Shown here: positions 50,482 to 58,888 of the stretch, one piece after another
Layout of the letters: each line of letters starts with the position of its first letter
Position numbering within the stretch: position 1 is the first letter of the stretch
Assembly: GCA_001780275.1 (NCBI GenBank)
Contig: MFGB01000020.1
Location: forward strand, 168,813 to 232,812
Direction: 5' to 3'
Origin: Candidatus Falkowbacteria bacterium RIFOXYA2_FULL_47_19
Lineage (GTDB): Bacteria > Patescibacteriota > Patescibacteriia > Patescibacteriales > UBA12075
DNA: 64,000 nucleotides
Notes under the pieces: generated by a model
The model's database searches: none
Told to the model about the DNA's origin: nothing
What the model saw: the letters and a program-made list of their open reading frames with translations, nothing else
Position numbers and translations under genes: made by a program

Positions 50482-52771
50482 TTTTTTCTTTCCGGCGCGT
50501 TTTTTGGTAAGCTTGCCAGACCTCTTTCACGCCTGGAAGGTTGTAAAGTTTTAGGAGTTTCAGAGTCTTCAGGGTCGGCACGCCGTCGGGGTTATAACCG
50601 CGTTTTTTGTACACGACATTTTTCAGTTCTTCATAGGCGGAGATCCGATAACGCCGCAGTATTCCCACTTTTAGCCTGGTTTCGGTATTTTTCATGCTCA
50701 GAACCATGAATTCCGTAAAAGCCGCATCTACAGCTTCGGCTGAAGACAGATCCAGTTTATCGAAGTTCTTGATAAAGCGGGATGCGTTTTTCAATGATTC
50801 GGCTTTATCACAGGGCCACTCAGACGAAACCGCTTTTGCCAGATCATTATCATAATTTTCTTCGTCGTGCAGATACTCCTCGATTGTCGCCGGACCCATC
50901 GCCCGGTAGGGAATAGCGTCGTGCTGTCTCCGACCGTAACCCATGCGCAGATTAAAGAGGCGGTGGAAAGTATAGCCTTGGCGGCTATTCGCGAGTATTT
51001 CGTCAACGGTCATGTTCTTGCCGGTAACCGTGTTCCAAAGGTCGCGGTATCTTTCGACATGTCCCATGACCTTGGCCGGTTCCGCGCTTTGTTTGTTATC
51101 TGCCGGTTCGATATCGTTCCAGGGCAGTTTACATAGCCCGACCTTTTGGAACCAGTCGCGCCACTCGGCGAACCATCTGAGATAATCGGCCTTTTGCCGG
51201 AAGGACGGCATGCGGTTATGGATCATGTCCGAGAAGATATGCCAGCCTTCGTGGTGCTGGTTCTTGTTGGCGAGGCCGTAGCCGCCCTGCTGGGCGAGCG
51301 AGCGCTTGGTGATGTACATGGAAAATTCCATGCCCTTGCTTGCCATCGCGATATCGTTTATAAGAGCGGTCTGTTTTTCGCTTAGATTCCGGTCGGCGAT
51401 GATCGCCTGTTTCAGGCGTTCAACGCCTAAACCGGCCAAGCGTCCGAAGCCCTGTCCCTCGGCTATCAGGTGCAGTAGTGCCAGAGCCGCCCGTTCGTTG
51501 CCGAAGCACAGGTCTAGACCTTGGACATAGGCCGCGTCGATCAAGCCGTGTTCAAAACAATCCATGGCAAAACCGATGGTCACGCCGGCGGAGATCGTGT
51601 CGAGGCCGTAAGCGTCGCAATAAAGATTGAACTCGATGATCGCGTCCGGCGAAAAAATACCCTGAGTGGTGCAGGCGCCGATTGTCTCGTATTCAGGACC
51701 ATCCACGAAAAATTCTTTCCCGTGGAACGGTCCGGTCTTCGGGACAAAGCCCTTGATGCCGTGTGCGCAGGCCAGTTTGCATCCCTTCCAACAGCCGTCA
51801 AAACCTTTGTCAAAGCGCTTTTCAAAAACATCTTCGTAAAGACCGGCCGCATCCGGGTGGCTGCCCAGGGAAAAATTATTGACCGGCAGGCACTTGGCGT
51901 CGTTCATGTATTTGACGATGTGCGTCGTTCCGACAACGGACATCCGGTTCATCTTCGGATCGCGTTCGTCGATTTCGCGGTTATACCATTGAATGGTTTT
52001 TAGCAGGGCTTCGCGGTCAGCAGGATCATTGTCGCTTATTTTGAGGCTATCCCAGCGTCCGACGATGGCTTTGATATTTTTTTGCGCCATGACGGTGCCG
52101 TTGCCGTTCCGGCCCGCCTGCTTTAAACGATGCCGGCCGCGTTTAGCATCGTACCAGCTGATGTTAATGCAGCCGAAGTTGGAATTTTTTGCGCCCGGTC
52201 CGGTTGATACCACGGAAATATTTTCCGGGTGTTCAGGGTCAAAGAATTCCGCGAGTCCGGCGGTCAATCCGTAAGAATCATCAGGCAAACCCGAACACTC
52301 GTAAAATTCCAGGCGGCTATTCACGCCGTCGATAAAAATTACGGTTTCGCGGCTCGCGATTCCGGAAACTGCCATCGCGTCAAAGCCGGAAAATTTCATA
52401 AAAGCCCCGAAGTAGCCGCCGACATTGGAGTCTCCGGCCAGCCCGGATAAAGGAGAAATTGAAGTGACAATGCTTTTGCCGGCGCCGGGAAAACCGGGCG
52501 TTCCGCAAAGAGGACCGGAAGCGATACAAAGGGTGTTCTCCGGATCGTTCCATTTCGTCGGACCATCCGGATGCTCAATGCCGCGTACCGCCTCCCAAAG
52601 GAGCCAGAGATTAAAGCCGCTTCCGCCGATAAAGATATCCTTTATCTTTCCTGGATAGTCTTCAGAGCGGAGCGATAGGTCATCGAGCTTTATCTTGAGA
52701 AACCGATCGGTATACCCGTTCTTTACCGGTTGTCGGACATAAGGTTCGCTTTTTATCAGCTTTAACTCCAT
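50465..52771 (-). CDS. aor: Aldehyde:ferredoxin oxidoreductase family (W/Mo-pterin, 4Fe-4S)
   Basis: FIGGSG, DPEN.L....GPL, SPLSG..GDSNVGG, QAGR.G.GTV..KNIKAI, CWKGCKLAC, GPEYET, CDAYGLDTIS and GLC. Confidence 0.93.
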   Translation of the reverse strand: MELKLIKSEPYVRQPVKNGYTDRFLKIKLDDLSLRSEDYPGKIKDIFIGGSGFNLWLLWEAVRGIEHPDGPTKWNDPENTLCIASGPLCGTPGFPGAGKSIVTSISPLSGLAGDSNVGGYFGAFMKFSGFDAMAVSGIASRETVIFIDGVNSRLEFYECSGLPDDSYGLTAGLAEFFDPEHPENISVVSTGPGAKNSNFGCINISWYDAKRGRHRLKQAGRNGNGTVMAQKNIKAIVGRWDSLKISDNDPADREALLKTIQWYNREIDERDPKMNRMSVVGTTHIVKYMNDAKCLPVNNFSLGSHPDAAGLYEDVFEKRFDKGFDGCWKGCKLACAHGIKGFVPKTGPFHGKEFFVDGPEYETIGACTTQGIFSPDAIIEFNLYCDAYGLDTISAGVTIGFAMDCFEHGLIDAAYVQGLDLCFGNERAALALLHLIAEGQGFGRLAGLGVERLKQAIIADRNLSEKQTALINDIAMASKGMEFSMYITKRSLAQQGGYGLANKNQHHEGWHIFSDMIHNRMPSFRQKADYLRWFAEWRDWFQKVGLCKLPWNDIEPADNKQSAEPAKVMGHVERYRDLWNTVTGKNMTVDEILANSRQGYTFHRLFNLRMGYGRRQHDAIPYRAMGPATIEEYLHDEENYDNDLAKAVSSEWPCDKAESLKNASRFIKNFDKLDLSSAEAVDAAFTEFMVLSMKNTETRLKVGILRRYRISAYEELKNVVYKKRGYNPDGVPTLKTLKLLKLYNLPGVKEVWQAYQKTRRKEKNDDHG

Positions 52772-52832
52772 TTATCACCCTCCTTTTGATAAACAAGCCC
52801 CGGCTTAAGATGTCCAGGGCTTTTCATGTTTT

Positions 52833-54155
52833 TTATAGGCTTTTCTTGATAATCCGGATCGCTTCGTCCACATTCTCTTTGGTGAATGTGAGTGGAGGCC
52901 GGAAGCGGACAGAGTAGGTACCGCAGGATAAAGTAGCCAAACCGTTATCCCAGGCTTTGCGCCGGAATTCGTTCCGCGTCGCCGCGTCTTTGAAGTCAAA
53001 GGCGATCATAAGGCCGCGGCCGCGGATATTTTGAGCGTGCTTCGGGTCGTAAACCTCGGCGCGAAGCTTGTCCAGAAAATATTTACCGACCGTGGCCGCG
53101 TTGGCGACCAGATTGTCTTCGCAAATGATCTCGAGGTAGCGGGCTCCGCGCAGGAAATCCGCCAGATTCGCGCCCCAGGTGGAATTGATACGCCCGGACT
53201 TACGGAAGACGTTATCGGGAACTTCGTCCACGCGTTCGGTCGCCATAATCCCGCAAACCTGGGTTTTTTTTCCAAAAACCAGAATATCCGGTGTTACCCC
53301 GAAATGTTCGTAAGCCCACATCCTGCCGGTCAGGCCAACGCCGGTTTGCACCTCATCAAAAATCAGCATGATATCGTTGTCATCGCATTTTTGCCTTAGG
53401 GCTTTAAAAAAACAGGGACGGAAGTGGTTATCACCGCCTTCGCCCTGGATCGGTTCCAGGATGAGCGCCGCGATCTCCTGTCGCCGCATGGCTCGGTCGA
53501 TCTGGATCATTGCTTCCCGCTCGGCGCGTTGCACGCTAGTCGCGTTGCTTATCCGGCCGTCTTTGCCGAAACGAATTTTCGGGTTTGTGATCCTCGGCCA
53601 GTCAAATTTCGGAAAATATTCGGTTTTGACCGGATCGGTATTGGTTAGGGACAGGGTGTAGCCAAGGCGTCCGTGAAAGGCTTCTTTCAGATGCAATACG
53701 CCATATCCGGCCTTAGGAGGCAGGAAATTCGCATTCATCTCCTTGCGCGTCCGCCAGTCAAAAGCGACCTTTAAGGCATTACCGATTGCGGGTGCGCCGC
53801 CAGCTACAAAAAACATATATTTAAATTCTGCTGGTTTAGCGAACTCCGCGAAAGTTTTAACGGCCCAGGCGTATTCCGGACAGTAGATATCAGAGTTAGA
53901 CGGGTTGGCGATTGTGGCCCGAAACAAAGCTTTAAGAAAATCATCGTAAAACAGCTTGGGGTGGTTGTGTCCGATCGGCAAAGACGCGAAATAGCTATAA
54001 CAATCAAGTATTTCCTGACCGGTCACGGCATCAACTATATAGTTATCGTGGCTTTTGACGAGGTCAATCACGGTATGAAAACCGTCAACCAGTATATATT
54101 TTCCTAAGGTGTCCAAAACTTCCGCGGGCGGTATTTGGTATTTCACGTTTTCCAT
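52833..54155 (-). CDS. lat: L-lysine 6-transaminase (class III PLP aminotransferase)
   Basis: NALKVAFDW, AFHGR.GYTLSLTNTDP.K, PKFDWPRI, EPIQGEGGDNH, DEVQTGVG, FGKKTQVCG and RINSTWG. Confidence 0.92.
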   Translation of the reverse strand: MENVKYQIPPAEVLDTLGKYILVDGFHTVIDLVKSHDNYIVDAVTGQEILDCYSYFASLPIGHNHPKLFYDDFLKALFRATIANPSNSDIYCPEYAWAVKTFAEFAKPAEFKYMFFVAGGAPAIGNALKVAFDWRTRKEMNANFLPPKAGYGVLHLKEAFHGRLGYTLSLTNTDPVKTEYFPKFDWPRITNPKIRFGKDGRISNATSVQRAEREAMIQIDRAMRRQEIAALILEPIQGEGGDNHFRPCFFKALRQKCDDNDIMLIFDEVQTGVGLTGRMWAYEHFGVTPDILVFGKKTQVCGIMATERVDEVPDNVFRKSGRINSTWGANLADFLRGARYLEIICEDNLVANAATVGKYFLDKLRAEVYDPKHAQNIRGRGLMIAFDFKDAATRNEFRRKAWDNGLATLSCGTYSVRFRPPLTFTKENVDEAIRIIKKSL

Positions 54156-54243
54156 TTTTCCATCCTCTCTTTCCTTGCATGCAAAAACACCGAATTAATT
54201 TTCAAAGACCTTTTTAAAAAATTTTTATCTTAAATTTTCCCTT

Positions 54244-54272
54244 ATTTTATAATAATTACCCAGTCCCGTCAA
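54244..54272 (-). promoter_or_regulatory. sigma70 promoter of the lat-aor operon
   Basis: Minus-strand TTGACG-17 nt-TAAAAT. Confidence 0.7.
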
Positions 54273-54284
54273 GATAAAAGTCAA

Positions 54285-54576
54285 ACAAAAAACCCCGGAT
54301 ATAAGGGTTTTGGCAAAAAGAAAAGATTGAGAGTTTTTTTGTTTGATTGAAGTTTGTTGATTTGTGTTGTTTGGGGTTTTAGGGGGTTTGGTGTTGTTTG
54401 GGGGATTTTTATGGTTTTGGGTAATGTCGGTGTTTTTTGGGTTTTTGAGGGTTGGTTTTTTGTTGGGGAAATAAGTTAAAGTACGTGGGTACGGTTCCAG
54501 TCTCTTAAAAGCGCAGAACCGTACCCGCGGACCTATTGTCTATTTCCTTTTCAAACTTCAATCTACTCTCAATCTT
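54285..54576 (-). ncRNA. Candidate novel structured ncRNA with A/C-rich loop
   Basis: Promoter TTGACA-16-TATATT; two 12-bp terminal helices; internal 11-bp hairpin; intrinsic terminator; no ATG-initiated ORF. Confidence 0.6.
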
Positions 54577-54686
54577 ACTATTAATATACTCTTGTTATTT
54601 ATATTGTCAAGAGACTAATATTAAATAAAAAAATACGAAAAAAATAAAATAATAAAAATAAATAAAAGTTATCCACAGGCCTGACG

Positions 54687-55238
54687 TTAATTTTGTTCTT
54701 TTATGCATTCTTCTGCCTGTTCACTGATCCGGCCGCCTAACTTATTAAGATTAATTCCATTTTTTTGTAAATTATGCAGTTTTTCTTTTAAAGCCTGTCT
54801 TATTAATTCGCCCTGTTCCATAATATCTCCAATAGACTCGCTTTTTTCTACGACCATAGCGGCTATTTCTTCTGCCAGATAGCCGATATAATCCTCTATA
54901 AGATTATCGGCCGGAAATTCACCTTTTTTGCTGATATAACTTTCAATCGCCTGTTTTTTGGCTAATTTAAATACCCGCCATCTTAATTCTTCCTGATCTT
55001 TTATAGTTTCTTCGTCCAGGCCCGCCAAAGAGTTTTCCATCTTAATAAAAATATCTTTTATGCCCTGATGCAGGCGATTATCATTAAGATCCATGAATCT
55101 ATCTAAGAGATTATTATGAAAAAATTGTTTTTTCAATATAAGATTGGCCAATTCATCGGTAGCGTTGGCTATTGCCGCTTTTATTTTTTCTTCGTCGCTT
55201 ATCTCTAATTTTCTTTCTTCGAATTTATTTTTAACCAT
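54687..55238 (-). CDS. Hypothetical helical protein
   Basis: 183-aa E/K/L-rich ORF with no motif recognised. Confidence 0.7.
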   Translation of the reverse strand: MVKNKFEERKLEISDEEKIKAAIANATDELANLILKKQFFHNNLLDRFMDLNDNRLHQGIKDIFIKMENSLAGLDEETIKDQEELRWRVFKLAKKQAIESYISKKGEFPADNLIEDYIGYLAEEIAAMVVEKSESIGDIMEQGELIRQALKEKLHNLQKNGINLNKLGGRISEQAEECIKEQN

Positions 55239-55323
55239 AAATTTTGATTATTTAGCCTCTTTTATAGTATAGCAATTCTTTGCTATAATACAAATATGTT
55301 ATGATAGTTATATTGGAAAAATA

Positions 55324-55716
55324 ATGAAAACTGTTTATATTTTTGGCAATCCGCTTTTGTCTTTTGATAACCTTCCCTTAAAACTCATGCCCGATCTTGC
55401 TAAAAAATTTCCGGCTATAACATTTTTGTCCATTGACCCGAACGAGAATTTAAAATTTACAGACAAGAAACCGGTAATCATAGACACGATATTCGGCATT
55501 AAAAAAGTGGCTGTTTTGCATGATATCGATAGGATCATTACTGATAAAATCTACTCCGCCCACGATCTTGATCTGAGCTTTAACCTTAAACTTCTTGCTA
55601 AACTTGGCTATATCGAAAAAGTTACGATTTTGGGGGTGCCGCCGGGAATAAAAAAAGAAGAAGCGTTAATGCAGCTTTATCCTTTGATCGAAAGATCTTT
55701 TTCCGGTATCGAATAA
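55324..55716 (+). CDS. Hydrogenase maturation protease-like (HybD/HycI fold) protein
   Basis: VYIFGNPLLSFD, IIDT, SAHD and ILGV. Confidence 0.65.
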   Translation: MKTVYIFGNPLLSFDNLPLKLMPDLAKKFPAITFLSIDPNENLKFTDKKPVIIDTIFGIKKVAVLHDIDRIITDKIYSAHDLDLSFNLKLLAKLGYIEKVTILGVPPGIKKEEALMQLYPLIERSFSGIE

Positions 55717-55729
55717 AGCGAGAATCTTT

Positions 55730-56536
55730 ATGAAGACCAAGCAAACCAAATTAATAGAATTTAAAAACCGCCAGGGCGAAATTCTGCGCGGCATATTGAC
55801 CTTTAACCGTTACAGCAACCCGCAACTGGTAGTTATGATGGCTGGTTTTGAAAGAACAGCAACCGGCGAAAAAAAATTTAAGGCCTTAGCCGACGCTTTG
55901 GTCGCCCAGGATATTCCGTCATTTCGTTTTGATCACACGGGCATTGGTTTGTCGGACGGTGATTTTTCTAAAATAAATACAGCCGGGTTAGGAGACGAGC
56001 TTGTCCGCGCCGTTCGGGCCGCAAAAAAGAAACTGAGCTTTGAGGGCGTGGCTTATTTCGCCCACAGCCTCCCGCCCTGTGTTATGGCGGATGAAAAAAA
56101 ACGAAATCTGTTTAAAAAAATAATATTCATGTCCCCGGCCCTGAATCAGAAGGAGCTTCTGCGTTACTGGTTCACGCAAAAAGCCATGAAAAAAGTCCGG
56201 CCGCAAACCAAAATAACCTGGAATAATTATAAAAAATACCTTAATGAAAATGATTTCTTGGAATATTGCCGCCAGAAGCAAAAAATAACCAAGGCGCATT
56301 ACGTCGGCAGCGAATATTTCCTGGAAAACAGCCGACAGGACTATTCCTCCCAGATCCCCGACTCGGAAAACATCCTCCACATCCATGGGGAAAAAGACGA
56401 GGTGGTGCCCATAAACAGCCTGAACGTAAAATTTAAGAACAGGATAATGGTGCCGGAGGGCGATCACGACCTGGAGAGTCCGGACCTGTTATCGCAATGG
56501 CTTGTTCCGGCGGTAAACTTTCTTAAGAACGATTAG
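55730..56536 (+). CDS. Alpha/beta hydrolase
   Basis: FRFDHTGIGLSDG, AHSL (nucleophile elbow), HIHGEKDEVVP and GDHDL. Confidence 0.85.
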   Translation: MKTKQTKLIEFKNRQGEILRGILTFNRYSNPQLVVMMAGFERTATGEKKFKALADALVAQDIPSFRFDHTGIGLSDGDFSKINTAGLGDELVRAVRAAKKKLSFEGVAYFAHSLPPCVMADEKKRNLFKKIIFMSPALNQKELLRYWFTQKAMKKVRPQTKITWNNYKKYLNENDFLEYCRQKQKITKAHYVGSEYFLENSRQDYSSQIPDSENILHIHGEKDEVVPINSLNVKFKNRIMVPEGDHDLESPDLLSQWLVPAVNFLKND

Positions 56537-56644
56537 AATTTGATCCATAATTTTTTGCATCAAAGCTCTTTTAAAATCCAGGATCGACGGACGACACCGG
56601 GTCGTTTTTTTATATTTAAAACAAAAAATACGAGGAGGTGCAAA

Positions 56645-57721
56645 ATGCCCGGGGGAAAAGAATACGACGAATTAAAAGGTCAATTTAACGGCCTGCTGAC
56701 AATGGTAGATTCCTTAAAAAAAGAAGTAGAAGAATTAAAAAGCCGCCGGGGAGCCAACAACGGTTTTTCCGTATTTTTAGGAAATTCCAATAAGCCTTTG
56801 GGAAAAAAAATCTGCTCTTATCTTAAGAAGCAAATCAGCAACGCCAAGGTCACGACCTTCAGCGATAATGAAGTGCAAATTGAAATAAAAGAGAATGTCC
56901 GCCAAAAAGATGTTTATGTGATTCAATCGATCTGCTCTGATGACAATCGGTCGGTTAATGATTATTTGACGGAACTTTTGTTGATGATTTCTACTTTTAA
57001 ACGAGCGTCGGCCGGCCGGATCACGGCGGTTATTCCTTATTACGGCTACGCTCGTCAAGATAAAAAAGTGGCTCCGCGGGTGCCGATCAGCGCCAGAGAT
57101 ACCGCTGATCTTCTCCAGACGGCTGGTGCCGGCAAGATTATTACCATGGACCTGCACTCGCCCCAAATTCAAGGATTCTTCAATATTCCCGTGGATCATC
57201 TCTGGGCCCGTCCGGTTCTGGTAAATTATCTGGGCCGGAAATTTTCCGCTGAGATCGAACGGGGGGAATTAACCATAGTCGCGCCGGATGTCGGTCGGGC
57301 CTCGGTAGACGAAGCTTACGCCGAACGCTTGCGGGCCGGTCTCGCCATAATATACAAACGCCGTGAACAGCCAAACGAAGTTAAAACCATGAGGCTTTTA
57401 GGAAACGTACGCGATAAGATCGTCGTTATTCTTGACGATATGGTGGATACCGCCGGCACCATAACCGCCGCCGGTGAGCTCGTTATGAGCGAAGGGGCGA
57501 GAGAGGTATATGCCTGCGGCATACATCCCGTCCTGTCTGGTCCGGCCGTGAAAAGGATAGAAAAATCGGTTTTTAAAAGCGTGATCGTGACCGATACGGT
57601 CAATCTTAATAGCGACGCTCAAGCCTGCGACAAATTCGAAGTGGTTTCGATTGCCGAGACATTCGGCGAAGCTATTATCCGCTGTCATCGCGGCGATTCT
57701 GTCACCTCGCTGTTTTTATAA
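56645..57721 (+). CDS. prs: Ribose-phosphate pyrophosphokinase
   Basis: PYYGYARQD, MDLHSPQIQGFF and LDDMVDTAGT; SD AGGAGGT before ATG 56645. Confidence 0.96.
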   Translation: MPGGKEYDELKGQFNGLLTMVDSLKKEVEELKSRRGANNGFSVFLGNSNKPLGKKICSYLKKQISNAKVTTFSDNEVQIEIKENVRQKDVYVIQSICSDDNRSVNDYLTELLLMISTFKRASAGRITAVIPYYGYARQDKKVAPRVPISARDTADLLQTAGAGKIITMDLHSPQIQGFFNIPVDHLWARPVLVNYLGRKFSAEIERGELTIVAPDVGRASVDEAYAERLRAGLAIIYKRREQPNEVKTMRLLGNVRDKIVVILDDMVDTAGTITAAGELVMSEGAREVYACGIHPVLSGPAVKRIEKSVFKSVIVTDTVNLNSDAQACDKFEVVSIAETFGEAIIRCHRGDSVTSLFL

Positions 57722-57887
57722 AAAATACAAACAAAAAGCGCCTTAAATAAAGGGCGCTTTTAAATTACGCGCGTTGTCCCTCGCGTCTTGACAAAAAAGA
57801 AAAAATACGCCATAATTAAACATTGAATATAAATATTTTTTAAATTCAAAAAAAACAAATCAAAGCACCGAACAACAAGGAGGATCG

Positions 57888-58847
57888 ATGAACATTGACA
57901 ATTTAGTAAAATATAGCCTAGAGGCAAACCAGCTCCTGATTACGTACCGCAGCGGCTGGGATTTTATCGGCAAAGACCGGGCGGAAACCGTCGCTTACCA
58001 CTCCTTCTACACAGCCGTTTTGGCTCACTGGATTTCCCTTGAAGAAAGAAAGCAGTATCCCCATATTGACCCGCACAGAACGCTTCTGATACCTTTGTTT
58101 CACGACTTGCACGAAGTAAGAACAGGCGATCCCAACTCTGTTTACAAAACTTACTTTCCCCGGCACAAAGAGTCGGAGGCAAGAGCCTCTCGGGACCAGA
58201 TACGACGGACGGAACCCGACACCAAGGTAAAGCTCTTGCGCTACCATTTTGATTTTGAAAGCCATTCCACCCTGGCGGGAAAAATCGCCAAGGACGCGGA
58301 TTGGCTGCAAATGATTTTCATGGCCAAAAAATTCTTAGACGAAGATTTTCCCTTGGCGCAACGCTGGATAGACGGCACCAGAGAAAAACTTCGGACAAAA
58401 ACCGCCCAGGATATCGCCGCTAAAATCATAAATACCGATAACGTTGACCTTGAAACGATTTGGCCGCGTCTAAACGCTCATGAATGTTTTTTGACCGGCG
58501 TTCTGGCCTTTGTTTTGACCGATCCAAAAACCAACGACCCGGAAGAAAGCGCTTTTTGCGCCCTAATTCCGTTTATCAGGCTCGTGGCTGAAATTACCGC
58601 CCTTAGTATCGGTCTGAAGCCGCCGATCGATAACGATTACCATTTTTCGGAAACGGCGCTCATAACTGCCGCGAATGCTAACAACTTGCAATTCATCATC
58701 CGGGCGGCCAAAAAAGATAAGGATATTACCCTTACTCGCCGACAACTGGAGTACATAGCGTCACAGATAAAAACCGAACCGGCCCGGGAGCTGGCCGCCA
58801 GATTCATGTCCCCCGAAATAAAAAAAGTCGTCTGGTGGGAACAATAA
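57888..58847 (+). CDS. YfbR/HDDC2-like HD hydrolase with degenerate second HD repeat
   Basis: RSGW, ETVAYHS, FHDLHEVRTGD and KDADWL; own promoter (TTGACA..CATAAT) and SD AAGGAGG. Confidence 0.85.
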   Translation: MNIDNLVKYSLEANQLLITYRSGWDFIGKDRAETVAYHSFYTAVLAHWISLEERKQYPHIDPHRTLLIPLFHDLHEVRTGDPNSVYKTYFPRHKESEARASRDQIRRTEPDTKVKLLRYHFDFESHSTLAGKIAKDADWLQMIFMAKKFLDEDFPLAQRWIDGTREKLRTKTAQDIAAKIINTDNVDLETIWPRLNAHECFLTGVLAFVLTDPKTNDPEESAFCALIPFIRLVAEITALSIGLKPPIDNDYHFSETALITAANANNLQFIIRAAKKDKDITLTRRQLEYIASQIKTEPARELAARFMSPEIKKVVWWEQ

Positions 58848-58888
58848 AACCGGAAAAATAAAGCTTACCTAAAATCAGGAGGCAAAAA

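Noticed and set aside
54280..54540. Open N/K/P/T-rich minus-strand frame through the A/C-rich tract
   Set aside because: No ATG and no SD-linked start; the frame is open only because the composition is low in stop codons.
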